From the IMG/VR virus record IMGVR_UViG_3300033076_001378, positions 1-41,769 of that record: a DNA stretch of 41,769 nucleotides; one strand, written 5' to 3'. Origin of the DNA: a virus. Its lineage: Duplodnaviria; Caudoviricetes. Below the pieces are notes generated by a model. The model made no database searches. It worked only from the letters and a program-made list of their open reading frames with translations, and was not told the DNA's origin. The translations under genes were made by a program, and so were the position numbers. Below are positions 8,999 to 17,896 of the stretch, one piece after another (position 1 is the first letter of the stretch; the number at the start of each line of letters is the position of its first letter).

Positions 8999-10381
8999 AT
9001 GGCATTTTCAAACATTGACCAATTAAACTTAGGTAACTTACTCCAGATCGTATTCTCGAATGGCGTTCGTAACCAGATCTCTGTTGACTTCAGAGACTTC
9101 GAAATGGTGAAGAGAGCGAAAGTCGGCAACTCAGTTGCTCGTGAACTTCGCTTCATGTTCCAATCTACACTAGGTGCGGCTGCTGTTCAGTACCGTAACC
9201 CAGGTACTTCTGGACGTAGCTTCCCACAATCACAACAATCAAGCATTGCAGAATACACTGCTAAGTTCAAGGAATTGAACACCACGATCGAACTAGAGTA
9301 CAACCTCTGGGACCGTGCACGTAAGTCTCCTGAGAAGTATGCAGAACCACTAGCATTGGAAATCGATGCTAAGGCATCTGCCTCCAAGCGTCGTATTGCT
9401 GCTGACTTGTATGGTGATGGTACTGGTGTAGTAGGTACTGTAGCTTCTGCTGCTGTAACTAGCCCAGCTTCTAATCAACTAGTATTCCAACTAGCTACGA
9501 CTAACGCAGCTCGTGGTCACGTAGGTTTCTTCGAGTATGGTGACATCCTCGTATTGAAAGCTGCTGACGGTTCAGCTTCTGCACTAGACACTAACTTGGC
9601 AACTGAGCCAGCTTACTGGAAAGTTATCCGCAAGGAAGATCGTTCTGGTCAAACTGTAACTCTACAAGGCTTGGATTCCAACCTTGCAGCTGTTGCAACA
9701 ATTAGCTCTATCTCTACTCAACCAACCGCTGGTGACGTATTCTACCGATACGGCCAACCAACTATCCCAGACTTAAGCTCAATCAGTGACTACGGTACTG
9801 TATCTGAAGCTATGGCTGGTCTAGAGTCTCTTGCTGCTGCTGATGGACGTGTAGTTCACGGTATCACAATGAGCGGAAGCAATGGTGCTTCTCGTTACGA
9901 TGCAGGTGCAAACCAAATCGACGTTAAGCACATTCAACGTGTAATGAGCCAAGCAAAGGTACGAGTTGGTCAGGACCGCTACAAGTGGAAAATGATGTCA
10001 ATGGCACCAGAAACTCTTGATAGCTTGATTGAATCTCGTGAAACTGATCGTCGTTTCATGACTATGGAAGATGGCGCACGTGGTACGAAGAAATTCATGT
10101 ACCAACACCAGAATGATAGCCTAGAGTGCTATACTTCTGAGTACTGCCCACCTAAGAGACTATACATTCTTCCTGAAGCTAAGAGCTCAGAGAAAGTATT
10201 GGAATTCCACGGTTCAGACTTCGAAACAGTTAAGGCTCAGGGAATGAATGATTTCCACCTCAAACCAGCTTCTGGCGGCGGACACGTTAACAACGTAATC
10301 AGCTACCTACAAGCTATTGGCGTGTTGATCTGTAAACACCCAGCTTCTATTGCTGTAATTGAGAACTTCACCAACTCATAA
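8999..10381 (+). CDS. major capsid protein
   Basis: 460 aa after the scaffold; RRIAADLYGDGTG and MAGLESL motifs; strongly biased codons. Confidence 0.85.
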   Translation: MAFSNIDQLNLGNLLQIVFSNGVRNQISVDFRDFEMVKRAKVGNSVARELRFMFQSTLGAAAVQYRNPGTSGRSFPQSQQSSIAEYTAKFKELNTTIELEYNLWDRARKSPEKYAEPLALEIDAKASASKRRIAADLYGDGTGVVGTVASAAVTSPASNQLVFQLATTNAARGHVGFFEYGDILVLKAADGSASALDTNLATEPAYWKVIRKEDRSGQTVTLQGLDSNLAAVATISSISTQPTAGDVFYRYGQPTIPDLSSISDYGTVSEAMAGLESLAAADGRVVHGITMSGSNGASRYDAGANQIDVKHIQRVMSQAKVRVGQDRYKWKMMSMAPETLDSLIESRETDRRFMTMEDGARGTKKFMYQHQNDSLECYTSEYCPPKRLYILPEAKSSEKVLEFHGSDFETVKAQGMNDFHLKPASGGGHVNNVISYLQAIGVLICKHPASIAVIENFTNS

Positions 10382-10395
10382 GGGTTAGTGACGTT

Positions 10396-10649
10396 GGTCC
10401 TTACTCTTCGGAGTAGGGGCCTCCCTCCCCTGGCTCATCTAGACAGATATAACCTGGATGCTGGCGTCACCTGCCAGAGCTTGAATCCCATGCGGTCTCT
10501 AGTAAGATCGGGAAGCTGAGTGACGAGTGGTGAGTTCAGTCTCTTGCTTAAGAGACACCACAATCCGAGGCCTAGTCAGCCTCCTGGCAATTCTACACAG
10601 TGTAGAAACCACCAAGATGACTCCAACTATCTGGAATTTCCGGATAGTT
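10396..10649 (+). ncRNA. candidate structured RNA (seven consecutive hairpins), family unknown
   Basis: Stems at 10396-10421 (cUUCGg loop), 10461-77, 10478-10517, 10527-61, 10567-83, 10591-10607, 10625-49. Confidence 0.45.
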
Positions 10650-10670
10650 CAATCGAAAGGATAGATACAC

Positions 10671-11039
10671 ATGTCAGCTCCAAATCTAGCTACAGAAGCC
10701 TCCCTAGCCCCCGCATACCCATACCTACGTTTCAACCCACGTGAACGTAAGTTACTAGAGTCTGTTAAGACTTACGTAGATGCACAAGTAGCTGCTGCTG
10801 CCCCCTTCGCAATCATTGCATCAGGTACATTTACCACTGCTGGTGGCGATGCTGCTGAGTCAATTACGGCAACTGGTGCCCTAGCTACTGACCGTGCTAT
10901 TGTTATGGTTCGTACTGCAGGTGCTACCCCACGTAGTATTGTAGCAGCCGCTGCAGCAACCAATGCTATTAACGTTACAATGTCAGGTGATCCATCTACA
11001 GACCACGTACTATGCTGGTTTGTAGTTAGAGACATCTAA
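10671..11039 (+). CDS. putative capsid decoration or minor virion protein
   Basis: Ala/Thr-rich beta domain following the capsid gene; AAGGA RBS. Confidence 0.65.
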   Translation: MSAPNLATEASLAPAYPYLRFNPRERKLLESVKTYVDAQVAAAAPFAIIASGTFTTAGGDAAESITATGALATDRAIVMVRTAGATPRSIVAAAAATNAINVTMSGDPSTDHVLCWFVVRDI

Positions 11040-11046
11040 CATACCC

Positions 11047-11158
11047 CCTGGAGATGGGGCTCTACATATCGTAGGACTCCTCCTCCCCAGGAATCGGAAC
11101 CCGAGCCGTCACAAATACATATACGTAATTGTGACAGGCGGGCCTTAGTGAGGACTAA
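11047..11158 (+). promoter_or_regulatory. structured intergenic leader
   Basis: Hairpins 11047-91 and 11100-42 (GTCACAA/TTGTGAC core), then TTAGT-GAGG-ACTAA around the RBS. Confidence 0.5.
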
Positions 11159-11164
11159 ATTCCA

Positions 11165-12493
11165 GTGGCTACCACACTAACTAGAAATTTGAAACTCCGC
11201 ATCAACAGTAATCTAACTGCAGATGCTAAATACAATTTGGAAAGGCTAGACCTACTAGGCTCAACTTTCCTAGTTGATACTACTAATGATCTAAACATCA
11301 GATCTGAAACAGATATAGTCATCGAACCAGAATCAGCTGATATTGGCGGCTCTGGTGTTGGTGGATCTGTATCAGTCGGTACTTCCTCCCACGATGTGAC
11401 AGACTTCTCTGTCTACGCTACTAATCCTAAGTTCAATAATGCGCTTGCTCTACTAGATAAGGCAACCTCAGGTACTAGGTACTTACGTCTTCGCTACAAG
11501 TCAGATGTGGCAGGTAGCTTAGATACAGTTGCGGACCGTACTCTCTCAATTGATTTGCAGGCAGGAGATAGGACCCTAGTTCTCGGGGGTGACTTCCGTA
11601 CAGAATCTGGCGGTAACTCCTACTCCCTACAAGCAGATCTAGTAGGTAATACTGAGGTAGAGTTCCCCACTACAGGCCGACTTGCTACCTTGGCAGGTGT
11701 AGAGACCCTAACTAATAAGTCAATTGATGCTGATGATAATACTATTGTCAATATACGTAATGCAGAAATTGCTAGTAATGCTGCAATCCAGTATAGTAAA
11801 TTAGATCTATCTGGGAGTGTAGTAAATGCTGATATATCTCCAAGCGCTGGTATACAGTACAGTAAGCTTAGTCTTACTAATTCAATTACCAATGCTGATG
11901 TTGCAAGCTCAGCTGCGATACAGTATTCCAAGCTTTCTCTTACTGGTAGCATTATCGGAGCTGATATCTCCCCAAGTGCTGCTGTAGAGTACTCCAAACT
12001 CAATCTGGCTAATTCCATTCAGGAAACGGACCTATCTCCAGGTTTCTCTCTACCAGGAACTCAGGTAGATCCAGACTTCGGTAGTCAGACAATTGCCACC
12101 TCCGGCAGATTGAGACTTAGTGGGCCTACCTACTATACAGAGCTCCGGGCAGCTCAATCAGGACAGCTAGCTAACCTCCTCTTCTCCCTACCTACTAATT
12201 ATGGTAGTAATAATCAGGTCTTAACAAGTGACGGTGCAGGTGGATTATCCTGGACAACAGCTGCAGGATCTGGTACAGTAGTATCATATGCTGAGGATTG
12301 GGTGTCTGGTGATGGGACTACCAAGGTAGTTACTCACAATCTAGGCCTAACTGATGTAGAAGTAACAGTAATAGATCTAGCTGATGATACAATTCATCTA
12401 GTTAGTAGTATAGAAGTAACGGATTCCAATACAATAACATTAACCTCATCTGAAGCGCCTGCCAGTAGCTGGCGAGTTGTAATTCAGGCTTAA
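11165..12493 (+). CDS. fibre protein 1 (tail or head fibre)
   Basis: TLTNK motif, 22-aa repeats, QVLTSDGAGGLSW, C-terminal THNLG domain. Confidence 0.75.
   Translation: MATTLTRNLKLRINSNLTADAKYNLERLDLLGSTFLVDTTNDLNIRSETDIVIEPESADIGGSGVGGSVSVGTSSHDVTDFSVYATNPKFNNALALLDKATSGTRYLRLRYKSDVAGSLDTVADRTLSIDLQAGDRTLVLGGDFRTESGGNSYSLQADLVGNTEVEFPTTGRLATLAGVETLTNKSIDADDNTIVNIRNAEIASNAAIQYSKLDLSGSVVNADISPSAGIQYSKLSLTNSITNADVASSAAIQYSKLSLTGSIIGADISPSAAVEYSKLNLANSIQETDLSPGFSLPGTQVDPDFGSQTIATSGRLRLSGPTYYTELRAAQSGQLANLLFSLPTNYGSNNQVLTSDGAGGLSWTTAAGSGTVVSYAEDWVSGDGTTKVVTHNLGLTDVEVTVIDLADDTIHLVSSIEVTDSNTITLTSSEAPASSWRVVIQA
11753..12016 (+). repeat. four in-frame 66-nt (22-aa) degenerate tandem repeats
   Basis: IRNAEIASNAAIQYSKLDLSGS / VVNADISPSAGIQYSKLSLTNS / ITNADVASSAAIQYSKLSLTGS / IIGADISPSAAVEYSKLNLANS. 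Confidence 0.9.
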
Positions 12494-12510
12494 CTAGGAG
12501 ATAATTAATA

Positions 12511-13401
12511 ATGAAACTCTACGGATCCCTCGAACGCTTAGTATCCATTCTCTTCCGTAAGAATGGTCAGGACATTACTCTACGTCCTAACCAGTCAACT
12601 ACCTACACAGCAGCTCGTGACGCTCAGTTGCCAGCAGGGGATGCAGATCATGTTCTAGTATCTCGCACATCTACCGATACTCTAACTAACAAGACTATCG
12701 ACGGTGACGACAATACCGTCCAGGACCTAGCTCTTGGATCTCTCAAGACCCTACTAGCTGATGCTGATAAGGTCATCAGACGGGACGCTTCAGGCGCTGT
12801 AATTAGTGGTAACGCTCTACCTAACTCTTCTGCTATAGTTACAACAGATGCTACCCAAACACTGACGGGCAAGACTATCGATGCAGACTCGAATACAATT
12901 ACCAATATCGAGAACGCTGATATTAAGGCTGGCGCTGCAATTGATGCTGCTAAGATTCACGATGGCTCGGTATCTAATACAGAATTTGGATACTTGAACG
13001 GCGTTACATCTGCTATACAAACTCAATTGAACGGTAAGCAAGCTGATGTTATTACTACTGAGGGTGACTTAGTAGTAGGTGATGCTTCTGGCGATCCTGT
13101 TCGTCTACCTATTGGAACTAATGGTTACGTACTAACAAGTAACGGAACTACAGCTAGCTGGCAGGCTCCTGGTACATCCTTCGACTCCTTCGCTGCTGAC
13201 TGGGTAACTGGTGATGGCGCTACTAAGGTTGTAACCCACAATCTAGGCACTAAGGATGTTCAAGTAGAACTCTACGATAAGACTGATGATTCAACTATCT
13301 GGATTGATTCAATTGTTCGCACTAATACAAACTCAATAACATTAACAGCTAGTGAAGCTCCAGGAGCTGCTGGTTGGAGAGTAACTATCCACGCTGTCTA
13401 A
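12511..13401 (+). CDS. fibre protein 2
   Basis: TLTNKTIDGDDN repeats, EFGYLNGVTSAIQTQLN, RLPIGTNGYVLT, THNLG domain. Confidence 0.78.
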   Translation: MKLYGSLERLVSILFRKNGQDITLRPNQSTTYTAARDAQLPAGDADHVLVSRTSTDTLTNKTIDGDDNTVQDLALGSLKTLLADADKVIRRDASGAVISGNALPNSSAIVTTDATQTLTGKTIDADSNTITNIENADIKAGAAIDAAKIHDGSVSNTEFGYLNGVTSAIQTQLNGKQADVITTEGDLVVGDASGDPVRLPIGTNGYVLTSNGTTASWQAPGTSFDSFAADWVTGDGATKVVTHNLGTKDVQVELYDKTDDSTIWIDSIVRTNTNSITLTASEAPGAAGWRVTIHAV

Positions 13402-13458
13402 TTAGACTAGGCAGAGAATAACCGCCTGATTACAAAGGCATGAAGGAGCATCGCTAGT

Positions 13459-15204
13459 ATGAAATTATTCGGATCAATTAAGGAACTCGTATCTGCGGTG
13501 TTCCGTAAGGACTCTCAGGAAATAACTCTGAGACCTAATCAGAGTACTACCTACACAGCAGCCAGAGATATTCAATTACCTCCAGGCGATGCTAATCACG
13601 TAGTTGTATCTGCCTCATCTACTCAGACTCTAACTAATAAAACTATCGATGCTGATGATAATACTATTAGCGATCTAGCTGATGCTAACATTAAGGCAGG
13701 GGCTGCAATCAATGCAGCTAAGATAGCCGATGGATCTGTAGATAATACTGAATTCCAGAAGCTAGGTACAGCAGGAACAGCAGGTGCAGGTAACCTAGTT
13801 ACTACAGATGGTACTCAGACCCTCACTAACAAGACAATTACTTCTCCTTCTGGGTTGACAAAGGCTGATGTTGGTCTTGGAAACGTAGATAATACTTCAG
13901 ATGCTACTAAGAACTCCGCAATTGCAACCCTAACCAATAAGACAATTGATGGCGATGATAACACCATTCAGGATCTTCCAATTACATCTCTCAAGACTGT
14001 TCTTGCCGATGCTAATAAGGTGCTACGCAGGGATGCATCTGGTGTACCACAATCTGGTAACGCCATCCCTAACTCTTCTGCTCTGGTTACTACTGATGCA
14101 AGTCAGACACTTACTGGGAAGACTATCGACGGGGATGATAACACTGTTCAGGATTTACCTGACACGGCCCTGAAGACTAATCTAACCAATGCGTCTAAGT
14201 TCTTTACACGAAATGCATCAGGTGTGCCAGAGTCTGCTACTAAGGCAGTCCCTACTGGGGTAGTAGTTGGTGATAGTGACTCTCAGACGCTATCAAACAA
14301 GACTCTAGCTACTCCGACGGTTACTACTGGTGCTGTCTTCTCTAACCAGGCTTATGTAGAATTACGTGAGCAAACAGGTAATGGAAGTAACTACATTCGC
14401 CTGACAGCTCCAGATGCTGTAACTAACAATACTACCCTGAAGTTTCCTGATGGAGCTGGTTCTGGTGGGCAATTTCTACAAACAGATGGATCGGGCTCTC
14501 TAAGTTGGGCTACTGCTGCTGCTGTTACTCCGAATATCCGCAGCTCAGAAGGAGCAGGAACTACTACACTAACTATTAGTGATAGTAAATGGCAAGTCTT
14601 TGATCTATCTGCAGGCCGCACTTGCGTGCTACCTACTACTGGAGTAGTTACAGGCGACTTATATATTCTTCAGAATAGAAGCAATAACCTTCTAACAGTA
14701 CAATCCTCCAATGGCTCAGAGATTACTACTTCAGCCGCAGGTAGTGGCAGTGTTGGTACAGCTTCTATACGTTTTGGATTTGTTAAACTAATTGCCCTAC
14801 AAAATACCCCTACAACCCCTGCCCACTGGCTTGTAGCTGAGTGTCAGGAAGAGGGTACCTATACTCCAACCCTTGCTAACGAAGCAAACACCACATCCCT
14901 AACTGCTTATACTACCTACTATACAAGGAACAATAAACAAGTAATTGTAAATGGTCGTATGGATGTAGACGGAAACCTTACTTCATTTACAACTACTCAA
15001 GTACGTATTACCTTACCTAAATCCTCATCCCTAAGCAATGACTACGAACTAGCAGGTGTTGGTATGGGTTCAGAATCTGGTGTAGGAAATATGGGAGCTT
15101 TCATTATAGCTGATACAGTTAATGATGGTGCCCTATATAAATTTAATAACTCTACAACAGCTAACCGTGAACACTGGTTCACCTTCAAGTACGTATTGTT
15201 ATAA
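13459..15204 (+). CDS. fibre protein 3, probable receptor-binding fibre
   Basis: N-terminus paralogous to fibre 2; TKADVGLGNVDNTSD motif; C-terminal EEGTYTPTL beta-tip domain. Confidence 0.8.
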   Translation: MKLFGSIKELVSAVFRKDSQEITLRPNQSTTYTAARDIQLPPGDANHVVVSASSTQTLTNKTIDADDNTISDLADANIKAGAAINAAKIADGSVDNTEFQKLGTAGTAGAGNLVTTDGTQTLTNKTITSPSGLTKADVGLGNVDNTSDATKNSAIATLTNKTIDGDDNTIQDLPITSLKTVLADANKVLRRDASGVPQSGNAIPNSSALVTTDASQTLTGKTIDGDDNTVQDLPDTALKTNLTNASKFFTRNASGVPESATKAVPTGVVVGDSDSQTLSNKTLATPTVTTGAVFSNQAYVELREQTGNGSNYIRLTAPDAVTNNTTLKFPDGAGSGGQFLQTDGSGSLSWATAAAVTPNIRSSEGAGTTTLTISDSKWQVFDLSAGRTCVLPTTGVVTGDLYILQNRSNNLLTVQSSNGSEITTSAAGSGSVGTASIRFGFVKLIALQNTPTTPAHWLVAECQEEGTYTPTLANEANTTSLTAYTTYYTRNNKQVIVNGRMDVDGNLTSFTTTQVRITLPKSSSLSNDYELAGVGMGSESGVGNMGAFIIADTVNDGALYKFNNSTTANREHWFTFKYVLL

Positions 15205-15213
15205 GAGTAGTAT

Positions 15214-15417
15214 ATGGACTTACAGCAACTCTACAATAAATTAGAACGGATAGATGAGAAATTAGACTCTCATCTAGAAAGAATTGCTGTAGTCGAGGAA
15301 CGCCAGAAGGGTCAACAAGGACAGATTAGATTGATGCTAGGATTGCTAATGTCAGCAATTACTGGTATAGTAGGATACGCCATTAAACAGATAACCACAC
15401 GTGGAGGTATACACTAA
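15214..15417 (+). CDS. putative holin-like protein (coiled coil plus one C-terminal TM helix)
   Basis: KLERIDEKLD...IAVVEE coil followed by LMLGLLMSAITGIVGYAI. Confidence 0.55.
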   Translation: MDLQQLYNKLERIDEKLDSHLERIAVVEERQKGQQGQIRLMLGLLMSAITGIVGYAIKQITTRGGIH

Positions 15418-15418
15418 T

Positions 15419-15757
15419 ATGGCAGACATGGTTAAGAAACAGAAAAAACTAGGCAAACTCAACATGCCAGCTAAACGCATGGAAGAGAAGGAACTAGAGC
15501 TAGATCTAGGTGATATGGAAGAGCCGGAAATGGAAGCCGACTTAGAAGGTGCTGACTTCGAGGCCCCCGAGGAGCATGAGGCAGCTGAGTCTAAAGAATA
15601 TGAGATGATGGAAGAAGGTAAGGCAGGCGCTGCTGCTGAGAAGCTTAGCGATGATGAACTTCTAGCTGAAATCAAGAAGCGTGGCCTAATGAGTCAGCTT
15701 GGTGAAGAAGGCGAAGAAGAAGCTGAAAATGAAGACGAAGAAGAGATGTACAGCTAG
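15419..15757 (+). CDS. highly acidic hypothetical protein
   Basis: GGAGG RBS before ATG 15419; E/D/M-rich with LSDDELLAEIKKRG. Confidence 0.8.
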   Translation: MADMVKKQKKLGKLNMPAKRMEEKELELDLGDMEEPEMEADLEGADFEAPEEHEAAESKEYEMMEEGKAGAAAEKLSDDELLAEIKKRGLMSQLGEEGEEEAENEDEEEMYS

Positions 15758-15776
15758 TAAGTAAGGAGGCCGATTC

Positions 15777-16757
15777 GTGCCTACATTACTCTATACTGTT
15801 GATGACCTAGTAGATCAAGTTAGGTCGCAACTAGATGAATTGAATAGAGATTCTGTAAATACAGAACAAGATATTCTACCTACCCTGAATAGAGGTAAGG
15901 ACTATGCTTTCGATATCTATGCTCGTAGATATCCGGAACCTATTCTTACTTACAGGACTCTTACTCTAGTTGGCGATCAGCAAGAATACGACATACCTGA
16001 GGATGTCTTCGAGGACAGGATCCTCAAGATTGAAATACGAGTACCAACTGGCGGGGTAGGCTCTACCTATGCTGAGGTGCAGCGTATTTCTTACAGAGAC
16101 CTCTCTAACTACGAGTCGGTATCTAAGACTAACATACCTCTCTACTACGCTGTCTATGGACGTAAAATTCGTTTTGTCGCTTGCCCTACTGGTACCTACC
16201 CAGCTAGGATGTGGATTCTCAGAGAACCAGAGAAATTAGTTCTATCTCAGGGACGTGTTACTGCTCTCAATACTGCTTCTAATTACGTTGTCGTAGACCA
16301 AGCTGGTTCCTCTCTAACTACGGAAACAGACCAATTAGGTTCCTATGTGAATGTTGTAGACGGTCAGACAGGTGAAATACGAGGCACTCTCCAGATTCAA
16401 TCAATTAATGCTAATAATAGGATAACCTTCAGAACTACCCCAGCTAGATCCACGGTACTAGGTAGGACAGTTACTGGAGACTTATCTTCTCTATCAATTG
16501 GGTTGGATGACTATCTTGCCTCTGTGGATGGAACCTGCGTTCCCTACTACGGTAAGCCAACTAGTAACTTTCTTGTACAATTTACTGTAGCAGAAATTAC
16601 TAGAAAATTAGGTGGAGCTGCAGAAACTGAACAGAATATACTAGATAAATTTGAGAAACAAGTTGAGAGGAATTTCCAGGGCAGACCGACTGCACTACGT
16701 GTAAGTAAGAGGTCGTATATCTGGGGCGTTCCAACTCGCCGTTGGTACTGGGAGTAA
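15777..16757 (+). CDS. head-tail adaptor (tail tubular protein A-like)
   Basis: TVDDLVDQVRSQLDE...LNRG...GDQQEYDIPED...P..YAVYG pattern; position; AAGGAGG RBS. Confidence 0.7.
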   Translation: MPTLLYTVDDLVDQVRSQLDELNRDSVNTEQDILPTLNRGKDYAFDIYARRYPEPILTYRTLTLVGDQQEYDIPEDVFEDRILKIEIRVPTGGVGSTYAEVQRISYRDLSNYESVSKTNIPLYYAVYGRKIRFVACPTGTYPARMWILREPEKLVLSQGRVTALNTASNYVVVDQAGSSLTTETDQLGSYVNVVDGQTGEIRGTLQIQSINANNRITFRTTPARSTVLGRTVTGDLSSLSIGLDDYLASVDGTCVPYYGKPTSNFLVQFTVAEITRKLGGAAETEQNILDKFEKQVERNFQGRPTALRVSKRSYIWGVPTRRWYWE

Positions 16758-16763
16758 CTTACT

Positions 16764-17189
16764 ATGCCATTCTTCGGGATTGAAACAGAAGAAGATAAGA
16801 AAATTAAGGAACGTGCAGGTCAGGCCATTAAGAAGTGGGAAGCTGATACTGGACGTACTTACCAACCTGAGCAAGGTGCGGAGGAGGGAGATATCTCTGA
16901 CTACGTTATGCCCTTCAAGGGTATAGGTAAGGCGCTAGCTAAGGGTGGAATGAAGGCCGCAGTTATGGCAGCAGCTGAGAAGGAAGGTAAGAAATTAGGA
17001 GTATCTGCTCTGAAGGATAAGATGCCCTCCAGCTCAACTCAGAAGAAGAATAACGACTACCTAGGGAAAATTGAGGAAGCTCCAACTCTAGATTACGGTA
17101 AGATTAATAAGATAGTAAAAAAGCCTGAAGCTCCTGAGAAGTTAGTATACGATAAGATGGGCAATCCAACTAAGGTGAAAAATCAGTAA
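16764..17189 (+). CDS. Lys-rich hypothetical protein
   Basis: Packed ORF with backbone codon usage. Confidence 0.75.
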   Translation: MPFFGIETEEDKKIKERAGQAIKKWEADTGRTYQPEQGAEEGDISDYVMPFKGIGKALAKGGMKAAVMAAAEKEGKKLGVSALKDKMPSSSTQKKNNDYLGKIEEAPTLDYGKINKIVKKPEAPEKLVYDKMGNPTKVKNQ

Positions 17190-17190
17190 T

Positions 17191-17442
17191 ATGGCAGCCT
17201 CTGTTCGCAACCTCAAGGATCGTATGCCCTGCAATAAACCTAGACGAGATGTCCAGGGCGGGAAGAAGTCCGTAGTTAAGGCATGCGATGATGGTGAAGA
17301 AAAGATAATCCGCTTCGGAGATGCTAATATGGAAATCCGTAAGGATGAGCCAGCTAGACGTAAATCCTTCCGAGCTAGACATAACTGTGATGAGAAGACA
17401 GATAAGATGACTGCTGGCTACTGGAGCTGTAAGGCATGGTAG
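17191..17442 (+). CDS. conserved small basic phage protein
   Basis: IIRFGD...RRKSFRARHNC...AGYWSC..W motif that I recognise from uncharacterised phage proteins. Confidence 0.8.
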   Translation: MAASVRNLKDRMPCNKPRRDVQGGKKSVVKACDDGEEKIIRFGDANMEIRKDEPARRKSFRARHNCDEKTDKMTAGYWSCKAW

Positions 17443-17618
17443 GTTGTATGAAATGTAAGAAGCTAGTATCTAAGATGAAATCAAATATGCCTGGACCTCT
17501 AGCTAAGGAACATGCTAGACTGGTTGAGGTATTAGAATCTCCATCCCGTAAGGATGATCTCAGAGAAGCTAAGAAGCAGAAGAAAGAACTAGCTGAGTAC
17601 ATCCGGAAAGGCGAGTAG
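17436..17618 (+). CDS. small basic hypothetical protein
   Basis: EHARLVEVLES...EAKKQKKEL; overlaps the upstream stop. Confidence 0.7.
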   Translation: MVGCMKCKKLVSKMKSNMPGPLAKEHARLVEVLESPSRKDDLREAKKQKKELAEYIRKGE

Positions 17619-17619
17619 T

Positions 17620-17781
17620 ATGTATACTAATATTGACGCCCTACCTCTAGGCAGTCTGCTGCAAGTAAGTCAGGGCCGAGGTGTACGTACTCAAGTTAGT
17701 AAGGATCCAGGTAAATTAGTTAGAAAGTTATTTGCTAAGATGCCTCCTAGGAAAGATAACAATGCCCCTATTAACAGGTAG
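17620..17781 (+). CDS. hypothetical protein, 53 aa (not in ORF track)
   Basis: MYTNIDALPLG...NAPINR*; ATG one base after the upstream TAG. Confidence 0.55.
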   Translation: MYTNIDALPLGSLLQVSQGRGVRTQVSKDPGKLVRKLFAKMPPRKDNNAPINR

Positions 17782-17890
17782 TGATAAGAAGACAATTAGT
17801 AAGAATATTAAAGAACTAATTAGTCGAGGCTATCCTCAGAAGCAAGCAGTTGCAATTAGTCTAGATAAAGCTAGAAGTAAGAAGAAGTAG
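17762..17890 (+). CDS. small basic phage protein, 42 aa (not in ORF track)
   Basis: MPLLTGSDKKTISKNIKELISRGYPQKQAVAISLDKARSKKK*, the recurring MPL..G....IS.NI....PQKQAVAI type; AGGA RBS. Confidence 0.85.
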   Translation: MPLLTGSDKKTISKNIKELISRGYPQKQAVAISLDKARSKKK

Positions 17891-17896
17891 GAATAC

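Noticed and set aside
10396-10421. Intrinsic terminator after the capsid gene
   Set aside because: The stable UUCG hairpin is followed by CTCCCTCCCC rather than a U tract.
10379-10744. Capsid read-through or frameshift extension, and ORF 10520-10744
   Set aside because: The capsid frame meets TAA and then TGA, never joins the 10671 gene, and I see no slippery site; ORF 10520 lacks a convincing RBS.
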